Origin: Fistulifera solaris
Taxonomy: Eukaryota
DNA: 64,000 nt
Direction: 5' to 3'
Assembly: GCA_030295235.1 (NCBI GenBank)
Contig: AP026137.1
Coordinates: forward strand, 372,001 to 436,000
In this document: positions 48,311-59,707 of the stretch, piece after piece
Position numbering within the stretch: the first letter of the stretch is position 1
Layout of the letters: every line of letters begins with the position of its first letter
Notes under the pieces: model-generated
Database searches by the model: none
What the model was told of the DNA's origin: nothing
The model's input: only the letters and a program-made list of their open reading frames with translations
Program-made: the position numbers and the translations under genes

Positions 48311-49153
48311 TCAATCGAAACGGAGAGTTGTTTTGATTCGCTTACTTGACGATGACATCGATGACTTTCCAAAGTCATTTTTTCGCTTTACTAGAGCGGA
48401 ATGGTCTCCCTCCGAGGTCATACTGGCTTCCTCCATATCCGGCGTCTCTGTCGACAGATCATCGGATTCGTGCTCGGCACCTTCATGCAGCCGCGACCAC
48501 ACACGCTGAAAGAAGATTTTGCGTGACCCGTAGCGAGGACGTCCCGAACTGGTGGTTTCCGAAGGACCCGGCAGTTGCTGCAATTTGATAACTGCATCGC
48601 GAATGCTGGGAGGGCAGAAGCGGCACTTGCCAGCAATATGCTTGAGGATCGTTTGCGATGTTGTCGTTTGCGCAAGACTGCGAACAGAGTTGGGGTAATA
48701 CCGACCAAAGCCAGGTTGGCCTTCACAATGCTTGCAGCACATACCCAAAAAGCCGATTTCACGGGTCTTGTAGCACCCCACTCGATCAGCGGGAGTGAGA
48801 CGACAGGGTTTCATTTGCGCCATGGCAACAAACAAGGCATCTGGGACAAGATCGATGTCTTTCATGAGCACCAACTTGCTGCCTTCAATCAATGACTCCA
48901 ACGGTGGAAGGTCAGAAAGGTCTAAGAGTTCTGTTGCTGGCGGCATCTTTGGTGATAACTGAGTATCTGGAAATAATCCTTTGTATGATTGTTCCGAGTC
49001 CTGTTCTTCGAACGACTTGGAGTATGACTGATACGATGCCTTTCGTGGGAAGTAATCCGATTCATAGCCGTTCGGCTCGGGGGTCACACTACGGCTGTGC
49101 TTTAGCGACAAGAGAAAGCTCGCTGCTACTTCTTCAGTGTCTATTTCGTGCAT
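48311..49153 (-). CDS. Diatom-type Cys/His (CxxC...H...C) domain protein, putative zinc-binding regulator
   Basis: GFLGMCCKHCEG..GFGRYYPNSVRSLAQTTTSQTILKHIAGKCRFCP...YGSRKIFFQRVWSRLH. N-terminus contains AASFLLSLK. Confidence 0.65.
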   Translation of the reverse strand: MHEIDTEEVAASFLLSLKHSRSVTPEPNGYESDYFPRKASYQSYSKSFEEQDSEQSYKGLFPDTQLSPKMPPATELLDLSDLPPLESLIEGSKLVLMKDIDLVPDALFVAMAQMKPCRLTPADRVGCYKTREIGFLGMCCKHCEGQPGFGRYYPNSVRSLAQTTTSQTILKHIAGKCRFCPPSIRDAVIKLQQLPGPSETTSSGRPRYGSRKIFFQRVWSRLHEGAEHESDDLSTETPDMEEASMTSEGDHSALVKRKNDFGKSSMSSSSKRIKTTLRFD

Positions 49154-49909
49154 GTTTGAGTTTAATTGAATGATAAATGAATGAGAGAGAAGAATGAATG
49201 AATGGGGCTTCCACGAAATAAGACGTTTGCAGACGGATGGAACGACTGAATGAAACGGTTTCGCAAAAACAAAAATGAGTTGACCGCGCGCGGACGACTG
49301 GAAACCGAAACAAATGGAGAAAAGAGAGAACTGTTCTCATCACATTTTGTACTATCGAGGAGCGAGTAAACGACCCGCACGCCTACATCTTTCTCCATAA
49401 TGACTCGTGGCGAGCGGAGACGAATCGCTTTTTTTGAGCGATAATCGGAGTGCTGTAGTCGGGTTCCGTTTTACCTACTTCAAGTCTTATAGTAACGGTT
49501 CTGCTTTGAACTGCCCCCAGAAAAAGTCGTTCTATTCGTAAAGACCAATGACCCTTGCCCTAAGTGACCCGTGTCGTAGTTTCTAAACTTGTATGAGACC
49601 ATTCTGTATAATGTCCCTCTAACCGGCACGTTCCCAACGCCAACATCGGAATGAAAATTCAACGGATGGATTTCATGCTCGCGCGGTTCAGCGCGCATCT
49701 CAAGTGATCGTGAAAAACTGGCGTCGGACGTCAGACCGACGAAAGACGAACTCTTTGTCCGTCCCGTCCTTCCTTCGACAGAAGATGAACGTCCGTCCTT
49801 CGATCGCTCGCTTCACAAACTGACGGTTTTCATTGTGATGCATTTCTCGTCCGCATCATTATTATTTGTTGCTTGTATCTTATCGAAACTAAAAACAAAC
49901 ACAAGTAAT

Positions 49910-51687
49910 ATGATTCGACGCGCTATTCCTTCAATAGCACGCTTTGTGCGACCGCTGAGACAGGCCCGATCCTTCGCGGTAGCTTCGCCGCGTACGGCGG
50001 ATCTCGACGAGGAGGAAGCCAGACGACAAGCCGTTCGCTTAGCACTCGACAAAAAGACGGGACGTGGCTGGACTGATCCGTGGGATTTAGATGAACTGAT
50101 GGATTCTCGAATGGAGTACGACGACTTACCCGACTGGTCTCCCGATCTCGTTTCTCGAACGTCGCAGGAACGACTACAGGTGCAATCTATTCCATCGTTG
50201 ACAGCTCTCACGCAAATGAATCTGCCGTCCCCGCCGCCACCCAGTCCAGGGCAAGGATATACGAAAGTTTATGCACTTCAACGACAACGTAAGCAACATG
50301 AGATCATTCGTGAGCAAGTGGAGGCTTCTGCTTTGTCGAGACTTCCAGCGATCCAGGCATTACCTTCGTGGGAAGAAAAACAAGATGCCGTCGATGAGCT
50401 CTTTGAAGAGATTGAATTTCAATTGAAGGCATCTAATCCAGTCCTAGGTATGCATCCTCGGTTTGGTGAGTGGGTGGAAAAAGCATTGGAAGAATATTTG
50501 CAGTCAATTCAGAAAGCCGGTCTGAATGCGACTAGTACTAGCGAGGAAAACAAAGATAAGCCACAGGAAGGGATCCCAGTGTTCATGGACTGTTACAGCG
50601 ATAAAGACGGCCCAGAGCAGCTTGTACCATCCATTCTGCACCCTCTGGCAATTAATCCGAGGGGGACAAATGGCAATATGGTCGAAGAATGGGAACTAGC
50701 GGCTCATAAAACGAGTAAGCGCATCATGATCCGTACTTCAACACAGCGAATTGCCAGCGCTCTGACGGAGCATACGGCGACCAGCATTCTGGTCAGTGGC
50801 TGTCAAGGGGTAGGAAAAACGGCGGCCGTGGCTGCTATCGTGGCATCGGCGCGATCGTCTGGTTATCTTGTTTTGTATCTACCCAATGGTGATCAGTTGC
50901 ACCAGAATGGATTTTATGTTGAACCGAACCCGCAAAAGAAAGGAATATTTGATATACCTATTATGTCACAAAGGGCGTGTGATGATTTCTTGAAGACTCA
51001 CAAGAGTGACATGATTGGTTTGAATGTTCCCAAAGGTGTCATCGCAGAGCACTTGGCCAAGGACCAGCTGCAACGGCTATTTCGCGATGCCAAAGACGAT
51101 AGTCAAATTGCATTGAACGCTCTTCTCGACTTTGGACGCGGGCGAATAAACTTCGCGGCACCTTGCCTTTCCGCAGCTATGGACTATCTGATGTATCACC
51201 AGGACGAGAAGCCGTTTCTGCTGGCGATGGACGAGTTTAACTGTTTTTACATGCCCAGTCACTACTTTCATGCTGATTATGACCCCGAGGTTAAGAAAGC
51301 GATTCCCTACAACTGCATTAACCTGTTTCGACCGGCTATGGAAGCCACGGCTTTGACAGGCTCGTCATCGCCTAGAACTGTGAAACGTGGTGCTGTACTA
51401 GTTGCCGTTACGGAGTCTCACGCCGTCACACGGGCAACAACGGATGCTCTTGTCAATCGCGCGAAAGAGTTGTCGGCCGAAGAAGGCACCCCTTTGTTCA
51501 TGTAGAGGTCCCTCGATTGTCTAAACTGGAAGTGGAGCACATGCTGTCAAATTACGAAGCTACCGGTGTCGGCAAACTACGTCTCGATCGAGGTGAAACT
51601 GTCTCTAATGCACAGGAAGTAGAGTATCTTCGCATGGTTTCGGGTGGAATTGCCGGGCACCTTATGAACGCCTGCATGGTAGAATAA
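49910..51687 (+). CDS. DAP3: Mitochondrial ribosomal protein mS29/DAP3; frameshift at ~51490
   Basis: Mitochondrial-type presequence MIRRAIPSIARFVRPLRQARSF; P-loop GCQGVGKT; VLYLPNG; LLAMDEFN. Confidence 0.8.
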
Positions 51688-51837
51688 AATTTGACAAAAC
51701 AAAAACCAGGACGAAATGTGGTTGTGGCGATTAATCTATTCACTAAGATGTTATGTCTTGAACCAGCTAAAATCACTACTTCCTTTAATCTATGATATTA
51801 GATTTTCTTTTCCTTCGTCCATTTTATTCAATTTGCC

Positions 51838-52562
51838 CTAATACTTCGCCAAGATATCCACCATTTTGACCACCGAATATTCCTTGCCTTCAATTTCCAC
51901 TTCATTACCGGCAAAATCTCGGAATTTGACCATATCCCCCGGAGCAACATCCATGGTCATAAGTTCCCCATTGCTAGCCATTTTTCCGGGTCCGACCTTG
52001 ACGACTTCACCCGTCGACGCTCGTTTCGTTTGACTGGAACTTTTCGCCAACAAGATTCCACCTTCCGTTGCACTTTCCGATGAATCCACGGCCACCAGAA
52101 CATTGTCAAAGACGACATCGACGGACTCCAAGGTCAATTGATCGCCGTGAAATTTGACCAAAACATCATCGTCGCGAATCAACGTGTGCGGTTGTCCATC
52201 GAGATCAATTTCGGTACCATCAAATTTTCCGTACACGACACTTTCACCGGTCTTTACGGGCATTTGTACCGTAATACCGGAATCTTGGTGTGTTTTGCCG
52301 GGTCCTACCGCTTGGACGGTCCCTTCCGTTTTGACAATTTTGGCTTTGCCCGTCAAGAGAATGCCTCCTTCGGTTTTGTCTTGGGCGGGTGCCTTTTGAC
52401 GAGAATAAAGTTATTCAAGGGGACTACGTCGCCTTTAATTTTACGACCATCCAATTTGGCAGCGTGACAAGTAATAGTGGACGTCGATGGTCGGTGAGCG
52501 ACGAGAAAGCTCGAGGCGGTGGATATCAGAGTCGTTAGGATGCAGATGGATGTGAATTTCAT
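51838..52562 (-). CDS. CPN20: Chloroplast co-chaperonin CPN20 (two GroES domains); frameshift at ~52385
   Basis: Presequence ASS-FL; motifs PLNNFILVK, TEGGILL x2, G.V.AVGPG x2 and YGKFDGTEI / FRDFAGNEV. Confidence 0.92.
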
Positions 52563-53048
52563 GTTGATAATTGTTATTGATAGCGCTTCAGGTCTAACGT
52601 CACGAAAAGCTTATGTAGAGATAGTTCTCAATAGCGTAAAGACCGATTCGTTGAGATGAAAGTAATCAAATGGGTCGATCTCGATTTTTGATGGATTGGA
52701 ACGATGAGATTAATTTGTTGCGATGAAAAGGTTTTGTGATGATGGGCAAACGTCAGTTGGAGGGAATTTCACTTTTCGTGTTTGCAAGATTCCATTTTTG
52801 CTCGTGGCTTCCACTTGGAAGAATTCGATGCCGTATGAATACCGATCTCATACAATAAAAACAAGAGTCTGGAACGTGTACCTAACGCACCAAAGTTACA
52901 TGCATGTCAACAAACAACGAACTATCACAAACTACAAAGCGAAAAGCATAGGATCAAAGTAATAAAGGGCATCCCATCAACCGTAATCATCTAACATCGA
53001 CAAAGTGAGGCTAGTCTAATCGAATAAGACGACACACACACGCAAGTC

Positions 53049-54030
53049 ATGAATTTCTGGAGAACCGTAGCACTGATCGGATGGACATCTTCCTCCGTAC
53101 AAGCCATTCGACAGATTCAATTCGCTTCACCTTTGCAAGCCTTGACGATTCCCGATGCAGAAGTCCCGCCCACACCACGTGCTCGCTATTTGAAAAAGAT
53201 AGCGGCCGGTTTACAAGCCGAGCAACAAGTGCGTGACAAATTAGGAGAGGATGATCCGATTGCCGTCGATACATCGCAAGCCGATTGGGCGCAAACCGCT
53301 GCCAGAAACGCGAAACGCCAACAACTTCAAAAAGAACGATTGCTAGAGGAAGCTTTTGATAAGGCCGTAGCTCCTTTCGACGCGAAATTGTCTCAGAAAC
53401 AACCCTCATCCTCTTCTTCGTCCCAATACCAATTCGTCGGTGTCATTCAACCCAACGATGCGTCTCCCGTCATTCAATGGTACGCTCGGCCCAAACCGGC
53501 GAACAGTAAATGGTCCGTGCGCTTGATCCATGTCAATCGAGATGCTATTGTGCACGATTTGTTTCGAAGAGGAAAAATCGATCTTTTGGACGTTATACCA
53601 ATACTGGATCAAAAGATCTCGAAACGGGTCTGCCGGTGGTGCGCAGTCAATACAGTGTACGAGAACGATCGTGGAAGTAAGTGCATTCGTGTGAGAGTCA
53701 AACAACAGTGTGTTTCTTTGTCCATTCGTCTCAACCGCAAGTCGTCGTGTTCGTCTTCGTTTCAGAAACTTGTGGAACTTTTCACCGAAACACTTGTTTA
53801 CGGACTCATCGGGTATGTACTGGCGTGAACGACGTTTACCGGAAGGTTTGTATACCGATGGCTTGAACGTATACGAAAGCAGTTATCGTTACCGTGATGG
53901 ACGCAATGGAATGCACCGGGTGTCGTCGTTTGCACAATTCCTCAAGAGCCCAACCTTTCCCGATAAGATGAAACTCAAAATTCAAGAGAAATTGAAAAAA
54001 GATTCTCCCGACATTGTTGTGGAAGAGTAA
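53049..54030 (+). CDS. Hypothetical signal-peptide protein; frameshift at ~53584 and a GT-AG intron at ~53677-53766
   Basis: The long ORF and the downstream ORF 53710-54030 join through a GTAAGT...TTTCAG intron. Confidence 0.6.
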
Positions 54031-54097
54031 TTCAAAATCAGACTGTAAACTCCATTCTAGTATTCCGTTTGTGGCTATATTGTTTTTAAGTTGATAT

Positions 54098-55545
54098 TTA
54101 GTTGTACACCATGTATTTGGGAGTCGAGCTGAATTTTTGTATCCCTTGACAACCTTGTTGACCGATTCGAGGAAATCCTTTTCGGACACACTCTTGCGTC
54201 GCGCACGGATGGCATACATACCCGCTTCGGTACACACGGAGTGCAGTTCCGCACCCGTCGTGTTGGGACACAACCGAGCAATCAGTTCAAACCGAATGTC
54301 GCGGTCACAGTTCATGCGCTTCGAATGAATTTTGAGAATATGACCTCTTCCTTCCAAATCCGGCAATCCGAATTCGACTTTGCGATCCAACCGACCCGGT
54401 CGAAGTAAGGCAGGATCCAACGTGTCGGGTCGATTCGTCGCCATGAGTACTTTGATATTTCCTCGAGCATCGAATCCGTCCAATTCGGTCACAATTTGCA
54501 ACATGGTACGTTGCACTTCATTGTCGTTACCATTATCATCTCCACTAGATCGGGCACCACCAATGGCGTCAATCTCATCAAAGAAAATGATACACGCCCG
54601 TTTCGAACGAGCCATGGTGAACAATTCACGAACCATGCGGGCACCCTCTCCCACGTACTTTTGAACTAGTTCCGACCCAATAACACGAATGAAACAAGCA
54701 TCCGTTCGATTGGCAACTGCACGAGCACTCAATGTCTTTCCCGTCCCGGGAGGACCGTACAACAAGACTCCCTTCGGCGGATCGATCCCCAATGTCACAA
54801 ACCGTTCCGGATGCAGCAAGGGCAACTCTAACACTTCTCGTAATTTCTCCATCGCATCTTTGGCACCTCCGACATCGTCGTAGGTGACATCGGGTTTGTC
54901 TTCGACCGTCATGAGACTCACGGTGGGATCAATCCGGGGTGGCAGGGGAATTTGAATCGAATACTTGCTCCGATCGACCCCGACGCGCATGCCTTCTTCA
55001 ATGTCCGTTGGTGCGACTCGTTCACCGAGACCGACCACGAACTTAGCAATCTGTTTGACATTGATCACATATTTGTTGGGTGCATTGTTGCTGTTGTTGT
55101 TGCTGGTGCTGTCGACATCTTCGACCTCAGTGGTAATGATTTTCGTACAACGCGCTACTTGCAACGGGGCTTCCTCACTCATCATTTGCTTGTCACCGAC
55201 CAAATCCCACATGGAAGGAGGAGATAAACCTGTATCGCTTTCTTTGATGCCAATTAAGTCTTTGACGGTTTGTTGATGCTTTTTGATCTCTTCTTCGAGT
55301 GTTTTTATCTTGGCGCTGTAAGGACCGAGACCGTACGATTTAAGGAGAGCAATATCGCCTTCATCTAACGGAGGCGGGGTGTCCTCTTTTTCTTCCTATT
55401 CATTAGTAGTAAGTATGAAGTAACACGAGAGAATGAAATGTAAGAGACCGTAAATTCATCTGACTGTGTATTAATGAATTGTCTCAGAAAAAGGTCTTAC
55501 CTCATCGTAGTCGCCTACGTTTTTCGTTTGACATTCACCGCTCAT
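54098..55545 (-). CDS. RPT1: 26S proteasome AAA-ATPase subunit RPT1 (PSMC2); intron 55396-55500; frameshift at ~54134
   Basis: Motifs [36 protein letters not shown] and FFDEID; C-terminus [12 protein letters not shown]. Confidence 0.97.
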
Positions 55546-55719
55546 GCTTTACTTCAAATGAAAAATAAAAAAGGACTGATTCAATGCTTCGTGCTGATTG
55601 CTAAATGCGTTGTGGAGAGTGAAAAATATATACCTGGTAAACGATCTCACACCGCCATGGTCGAGGTCGCCGTCGTCGTCTCGACGACCTTCCTGAGCGT
55701 TCTTTTCGAAGGGACGTCT

Positions 55720-56022
55720 GCATCGTGACTGCAGAAAAACAGTCGTGCGAAGGATTACTATAGGTGCGAACTGTTAGTTTACGGTGATGACACGACTGGG
55801 TTTCAGTCATGAGACGCGAGAAAGCAACGCTTTTGCAAAGTTCATGCTGTCCCCAAGCAAAAATCATTCGAGTAAAGATATGTTGTATCCCCCATCGACA
55901 ATTGCAAGGCATTTACTTCTGATTCTTGCACAACAATCACTCGAAGGCTGATCATCCAGTTGATCACTATCGACCGAAGTGTAGACGACCTTTTCCATGA
56001 CTGGGTTTTAGTCATGAGACGT
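55720..56022. repeat. Two ~205 bp units plus an extra palindrome of the palindrome-bearing repeat family
   Basis: (T/C)ACTAT(A/C)G...(C/T)GACTGGGTTT(C/T)AGTCATGAGACG at 55755-55816 and 55965-56021; GACTG-N8-CAGTC at 55727-55744. Confidence 0.75.
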
Positions 56023-56039
56023 TTCGCTTTTTTATTCAA

Positions 56040-56925
56040 AGAGATATTTTGGAACGTGCAAAGTATCTCTGTGTGACCCAAAAACATGGATGATTTTAGA
56101 CTTTTTGGAATATCCAACAGTTTTTCTGTAAGACCCAAACATTGATTCCAGCATTTCTGGAACATTACAGATATCTAAATCATGGATTCCAAAATTTCTG
56201 GAAAAAACAGATTTTCTGTATGACGCAAAGCACCGGTTTCTGAATTTCTTGAAGCGTTACCAGGTATATTTCCTTGTCTCGAACATCCAAAGGTTTTCTG
56301 CAAGACCCAGACACCGATTTCGGAATTCCGGGAAGATACACAGATTTTCTGTATGACCCAACCACTTTTTCCACTGTTTCTGGAATGTACACAGATTTTC
56401 TGTATGTCGCGAAACACCGAATCTACTAACTGAAACTTGCACATGATTTCTGGATGACCCAAAACACTGATTCAAGAAGTTCTGGAACATTCACAAAGTT
56501 TCTGTATGACGCAAAACACCGATATTCCAGGATTCCTGTAACATCCACTGATTTTCTGCAGTACCCAAAACACTGATTCCAGAATTTCTGGAACTTCCAC
56601 TAATATTCTGTATGACCCAAAATACCAGTGTCAGAATTTCTGGAACGTGCTCAAAATCTCGGGGTGACGCAAAGCACCGATTCCAGAATTTCTGGAATGT
56701 TTAAGTGTATGCGAGGCAAAACACTAATTATTCCAGATTATGTGTCATGCCCACAGATTTTCTGTATGACGCATAACACCTACGGAGTATTCCAGATTCC
56801 AGAATTTCTGGATCTCCCGCAGATTTTCTGGAAGCCCGATGACCTAAAGCATGTATTCCAGAATTTCTGGACTGTACACAGAATTGCTGTATGACTTAAA
56901 ACACCGATATTCATTCCAAAATTTT
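56040..56925. repeat. ~51-bp minisatellite, ~15-16 degenerate copies, with internal palindrome TTCCAGAA-T-TTCTGGAA
   Basis: Consensus is approximately CAGATTTTCTGTATGACCCAAAACACCGATTCCAGAATTTCTGGAACATTCA. Cores at ~56125, 56215, 56297, 56348, 56399, 56449, 56501, 56555, 56607, 56761 and 56886. Confidence 0.92.
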
Positions 56926-57026
56926 AGTTTGCGAGGCGAGGATTACTCCAGTATTACGGAGTATTATTTTACCTTAGCATTTGTTCACCCTTTTCTTGCA
57001 TACTGTATTATTCATCAAGAAACGAC

Positions 57027-57656
57027 ATGGCGGACGAGGATGAGCTAGATGCCTTCTTTGATGAAGTCGAAGAAGTAGCCGAGCAAGTAGTCAAGGAGAC
57101 GGAGAATTGTAGCGAAGTCGAACAACCAACGACCAAGAAACCGAAAATTGTTCGTGGGGTGGTAGTAGCAGCAGCATCCGCAGCAACATCCAATGTGACG
57201 GTTAACCAGCCGATTGCTTCACCAAATCCTCCGCCGACCGAAGTGCCCCCGCCTCCACCACCTGCCAAAACTACTTTGCCAATCCCTCCGCCCCCAGGCC
57301 CGAAAAAGCCACACATTCGACAAGCGGCCGGAAAGACGTGGGAAGATCACAAATTGGCCGACTGGCCCGACAATGATTTTCGTTTATTTGTTGGGAATTT
57401 GGGAAATGAAGTTTCGGATGACATGTTGTTGGAACATTTTCAAAAGTACACGAGCACACAAAGGGCCGCAATCATTCGCGAACCGTCCGGGAAAAGCAAG
57501 GGATATGGCTTTGTCTCCTTTTCTGATCCTCTGCAATTTGCGAAAGCACTGAGGGAAATGGAACAAACTTGGTTGGGAGCAAGACCGATTCGAGTAAAGC
57601 GTAGTAATTGGAAGGAGCGAGAAGTCAACAAACAAAAGAACAAGAGAAACAGATGA
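57027..57656 (+). CDS. RBM42: RBM42-like RRM protein
   Basis: RQAAGKTWEDHKLADWPDNDFRLFVGNLGNEV, KSKGYGFVSF and RPIRVKRSNWKER. Confidence 0.9.
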   Translation: MADEDELDAFFDEVEEVAEQVVKETENCSEVEQPTTKKPKIVRGVVVAAASAATSNVTVNQPIASPNPPPTEVPPPPPPAKTTLPIPPPPGPKKPHIRQAAGKTWEDHKLADWPDNDFRLFVGNLGNEVSDDMLLEHFQKYTSTQRAAIIREPSGKSKGYGFVSFSDPLQFAKALREMEQTWLGARPIRVKRSNWKEREVNKQKNKRNR

Positions 57657-57773
57657 CATTTCACGTAGGGAAATAGCAAACGCTGTCGAATTGTAGAAGG
57701 AAAGAATAGTGTCTCTGACATCAAATGAATACCCATTAATTCATTATTTAGTTACTCAAAACATCGGTACTAT

Positions 57774-58949
57774 TCACAAACGCTCCAAGCTCTCTAGAAA
57801 CCCCCGCAGTCTTCTTATGTATTCCGCCAACTTCCCCGGCCCATCGGTAATATCGTTGTGCCCCCGGTCCGCTACCCACCATGGATCGCGCTTGTATTCG
57901 TCAGGAACTGCCTTGTGAAGATCTTGACCGTGACTAATGTCGACTTCTTGATCCAAATAACCATGAATGAGCATGCACGGACACCGGATCTTCTTGATCC
58001 GATCAATATTGGGATAAATGTCCAAACAAGCCAAGAGACGACTCGGAGTTAACACGCGCATGCCACTCGTAAACGGACTGTGCAATATCATTCCGCCGAG
58101 TGCTTTCTTTTGTTTCGCTACTTTGGCTGCCAAGTAACAACACGGACCGCTTCCGACCGACTGTCCGTACAGGATTATTTTTTCCGTCCGCTGGTTCACC
58201 ACTTCTCGGCAAATATACTCATAGACGGCATCAATATCACGATAGGTGCTCGCTTCTTCCGGCACTCCCCCACTTTCACCGTACCCGGAATAATCATATA
58301 CGAGTACATCGCAATCCAAACTATGAGCCATGACAATTTGCAGAGGAAACATGGCGCCTATATCGGTAGCATTTCCGTGACTGTAAATGATGATACGAGT
58401 TCGTTCGGAGCGGCGCGAAGGCGGCACCGAATACAACACCGCGGCTACGTACACACCCCCAGGAGAGGGAATCTTTAAAGCATGAATGGAGCCGTCTTCG
58501 TGAGGCGGTACCTGCAATCGTGGATCTAACAAAAGTCGATAAGAGACCCCAGCTTTCTTGTCGCGTGAATCTCGAGCTATGCGCATCTTGGATCGTTTGC
58601 GACGTTCGACGGCTTGATCCGCGAGCTGCTCAAACGGCGATTTGATTTTTTCCTTGGTTTGTCCGTGAGTAGCAGGTGCCTCAAAGGGCCCTGAGCGGTC
58701 CGGACTTCTTATTTCTCCGACACTACTATTGTCCTCATCGTTCGCTGCGTTTTCGTTTGTTTCCTCATCGAGAGGGGCTTCTTCATTGTGTCCTAAAACG
58801 CGGCCGCTTTTGTCGTGTCTTTCAAACTCGTACAATGCCGGCTCTGGTGGGAAGAAAGTCAGCGCCCCAGCTACACTTCCCTTGTTGCACCCAGATTGAA
58901 CCCATAGGCAGAATAGCGCCGATATAGCGGAAGGACAGCAACAACACAT
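57774..58949 (-). CDS. ABHD17-like alpha/beta hydrolase (protein depalmitoylase family)
   Basis: N-terminal Cys cluster MCCCCP; motifs LTFFPPEP, YSHGNATDIG, YDYSGYGES, GQSVGSG, IHG.LDQEV and GHND. Confidence 0.9.
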   Translation of the reverse strand: MCCCCPSAISALFCLWVQSGCNKGSVAGALTFFPPEPALYEFERHDKSGRVLGHNEEAPLDEETNENAANDEDNSSVGEIRSPDRSGPFEAPATHGQTKEKIKSPFEQLADQAVERRKRSKMRIARDSRDKKAGVSYRLLLDPRLQVPPHEDGSIHALKIPSPGGVYVAAVLYSVPPSRRSERTRIIIYSHGNATDIGAMFPLQIVMAHSLDCDVLVYDYSGYGESGGVPEEASTYRDIDAVYEYICREVVNQRTEKIILYGQSVGSGPCCYLAAKVAKQKKALGGMILHSPFTSGMRVLTPSRLLACLDIYPNIDRIKKIRCPCMLIHGYLDQEVDISHGQDLHKAVPDEYKRDPWWVADRGHNDITDGPGKLAEYIRRLRGFLESLERL

Positions 58950-59404
58950 GGACGAACAATCGAATCGGAATGTCTTATGCCTTATGCGTGATGAAAGAGA
59001 AACGGTTTGTGCCTGAAATACAGCTCGTTGTAATAGGAAAGCAATATGTTGCCTTCGTGAAGTGAATTGTTGTTTCCTGTTTACAAACAACTATCTACGA
59101 AGTATGGCTTAATAACAAGTAACGCAGCATAAACAAAAAATGAAATGTCGGCCGGTCTTCGTTGCGCTTTAACTTTGTCGCCTCTCACTCTCATGTCGCG
59201 CGCAACAAACTCGGCGAAAGCAACGGCTGCATGTGTTCTTCGCGATTATTTACCTGGTCCTGGCGTGCCATCGATAAGCCCGCAATCCAACGGCAAAAAC
59301 TGTTTAAAATTCTGGGTGCCGCATAGCACGTGGGGATGAAAAAGTGCCGGCGTGCGAATCTTTTACAGGATTTTAAATTTTGATCCTCCTCTCCTCTTGT
59401 CGCT

Positions 59405-59486
59405 GACGACGTGGCCGAGTGGTTAAGGCGGTAGATTGCTAATCTACTTTCCTCTGGAAGCGCAGGTTCGAATCCTGCCGTCGTCG
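59405..59486 (+). tRNA. tRNA-Ser (anticodon GCT)
   Basis: Acceptor stem GACGACG/CGTCGTC; D-arm TGGCCGAGTGGTTAAGGC; anticodon arm GTAGA-TTGCTAA-TCTAC; long variable arm; T-arm GCAGGTTCGAATCCTGC; discriminator G; downstream TTTTT. Confidence 0.97.
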
Positions 59487-59707
59487 CTTTTTGTATGGCT
59501 GCGTCATCGTGATTGCGTTGTGACACATTTTCGGCAAAACAAAAACGCAACAAGCGTCTCGATAAAAGCGGGTTTGACGTTTGACGCGCTTTTTCCTTCG
59601 TGGTTCGTGATGCTTTTGTTCACGTGAGAACTGCTACTGTTTGCCAAAACCAACACACATCACAAACTGCTCACGATTGTTCACAATACTTTTATACCAC
59701 ACTGAAT

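Noticed and set aside
53836..54097. C-terminal extension of RPT1 overlapping the opposite-strand gene
   Set aside because: It is an artefact of the frameshift at ~54134; the conserved end (KYMVYN*) stops at 54098.
56040..56925. CRISPR-like array (palindromic repeats at regular spacing)
   Set aside because: The intervening sequences are homologous to each other rather than unique spacers, the repeats are degenerate, there are no cas genes and the context is eukaryotic.
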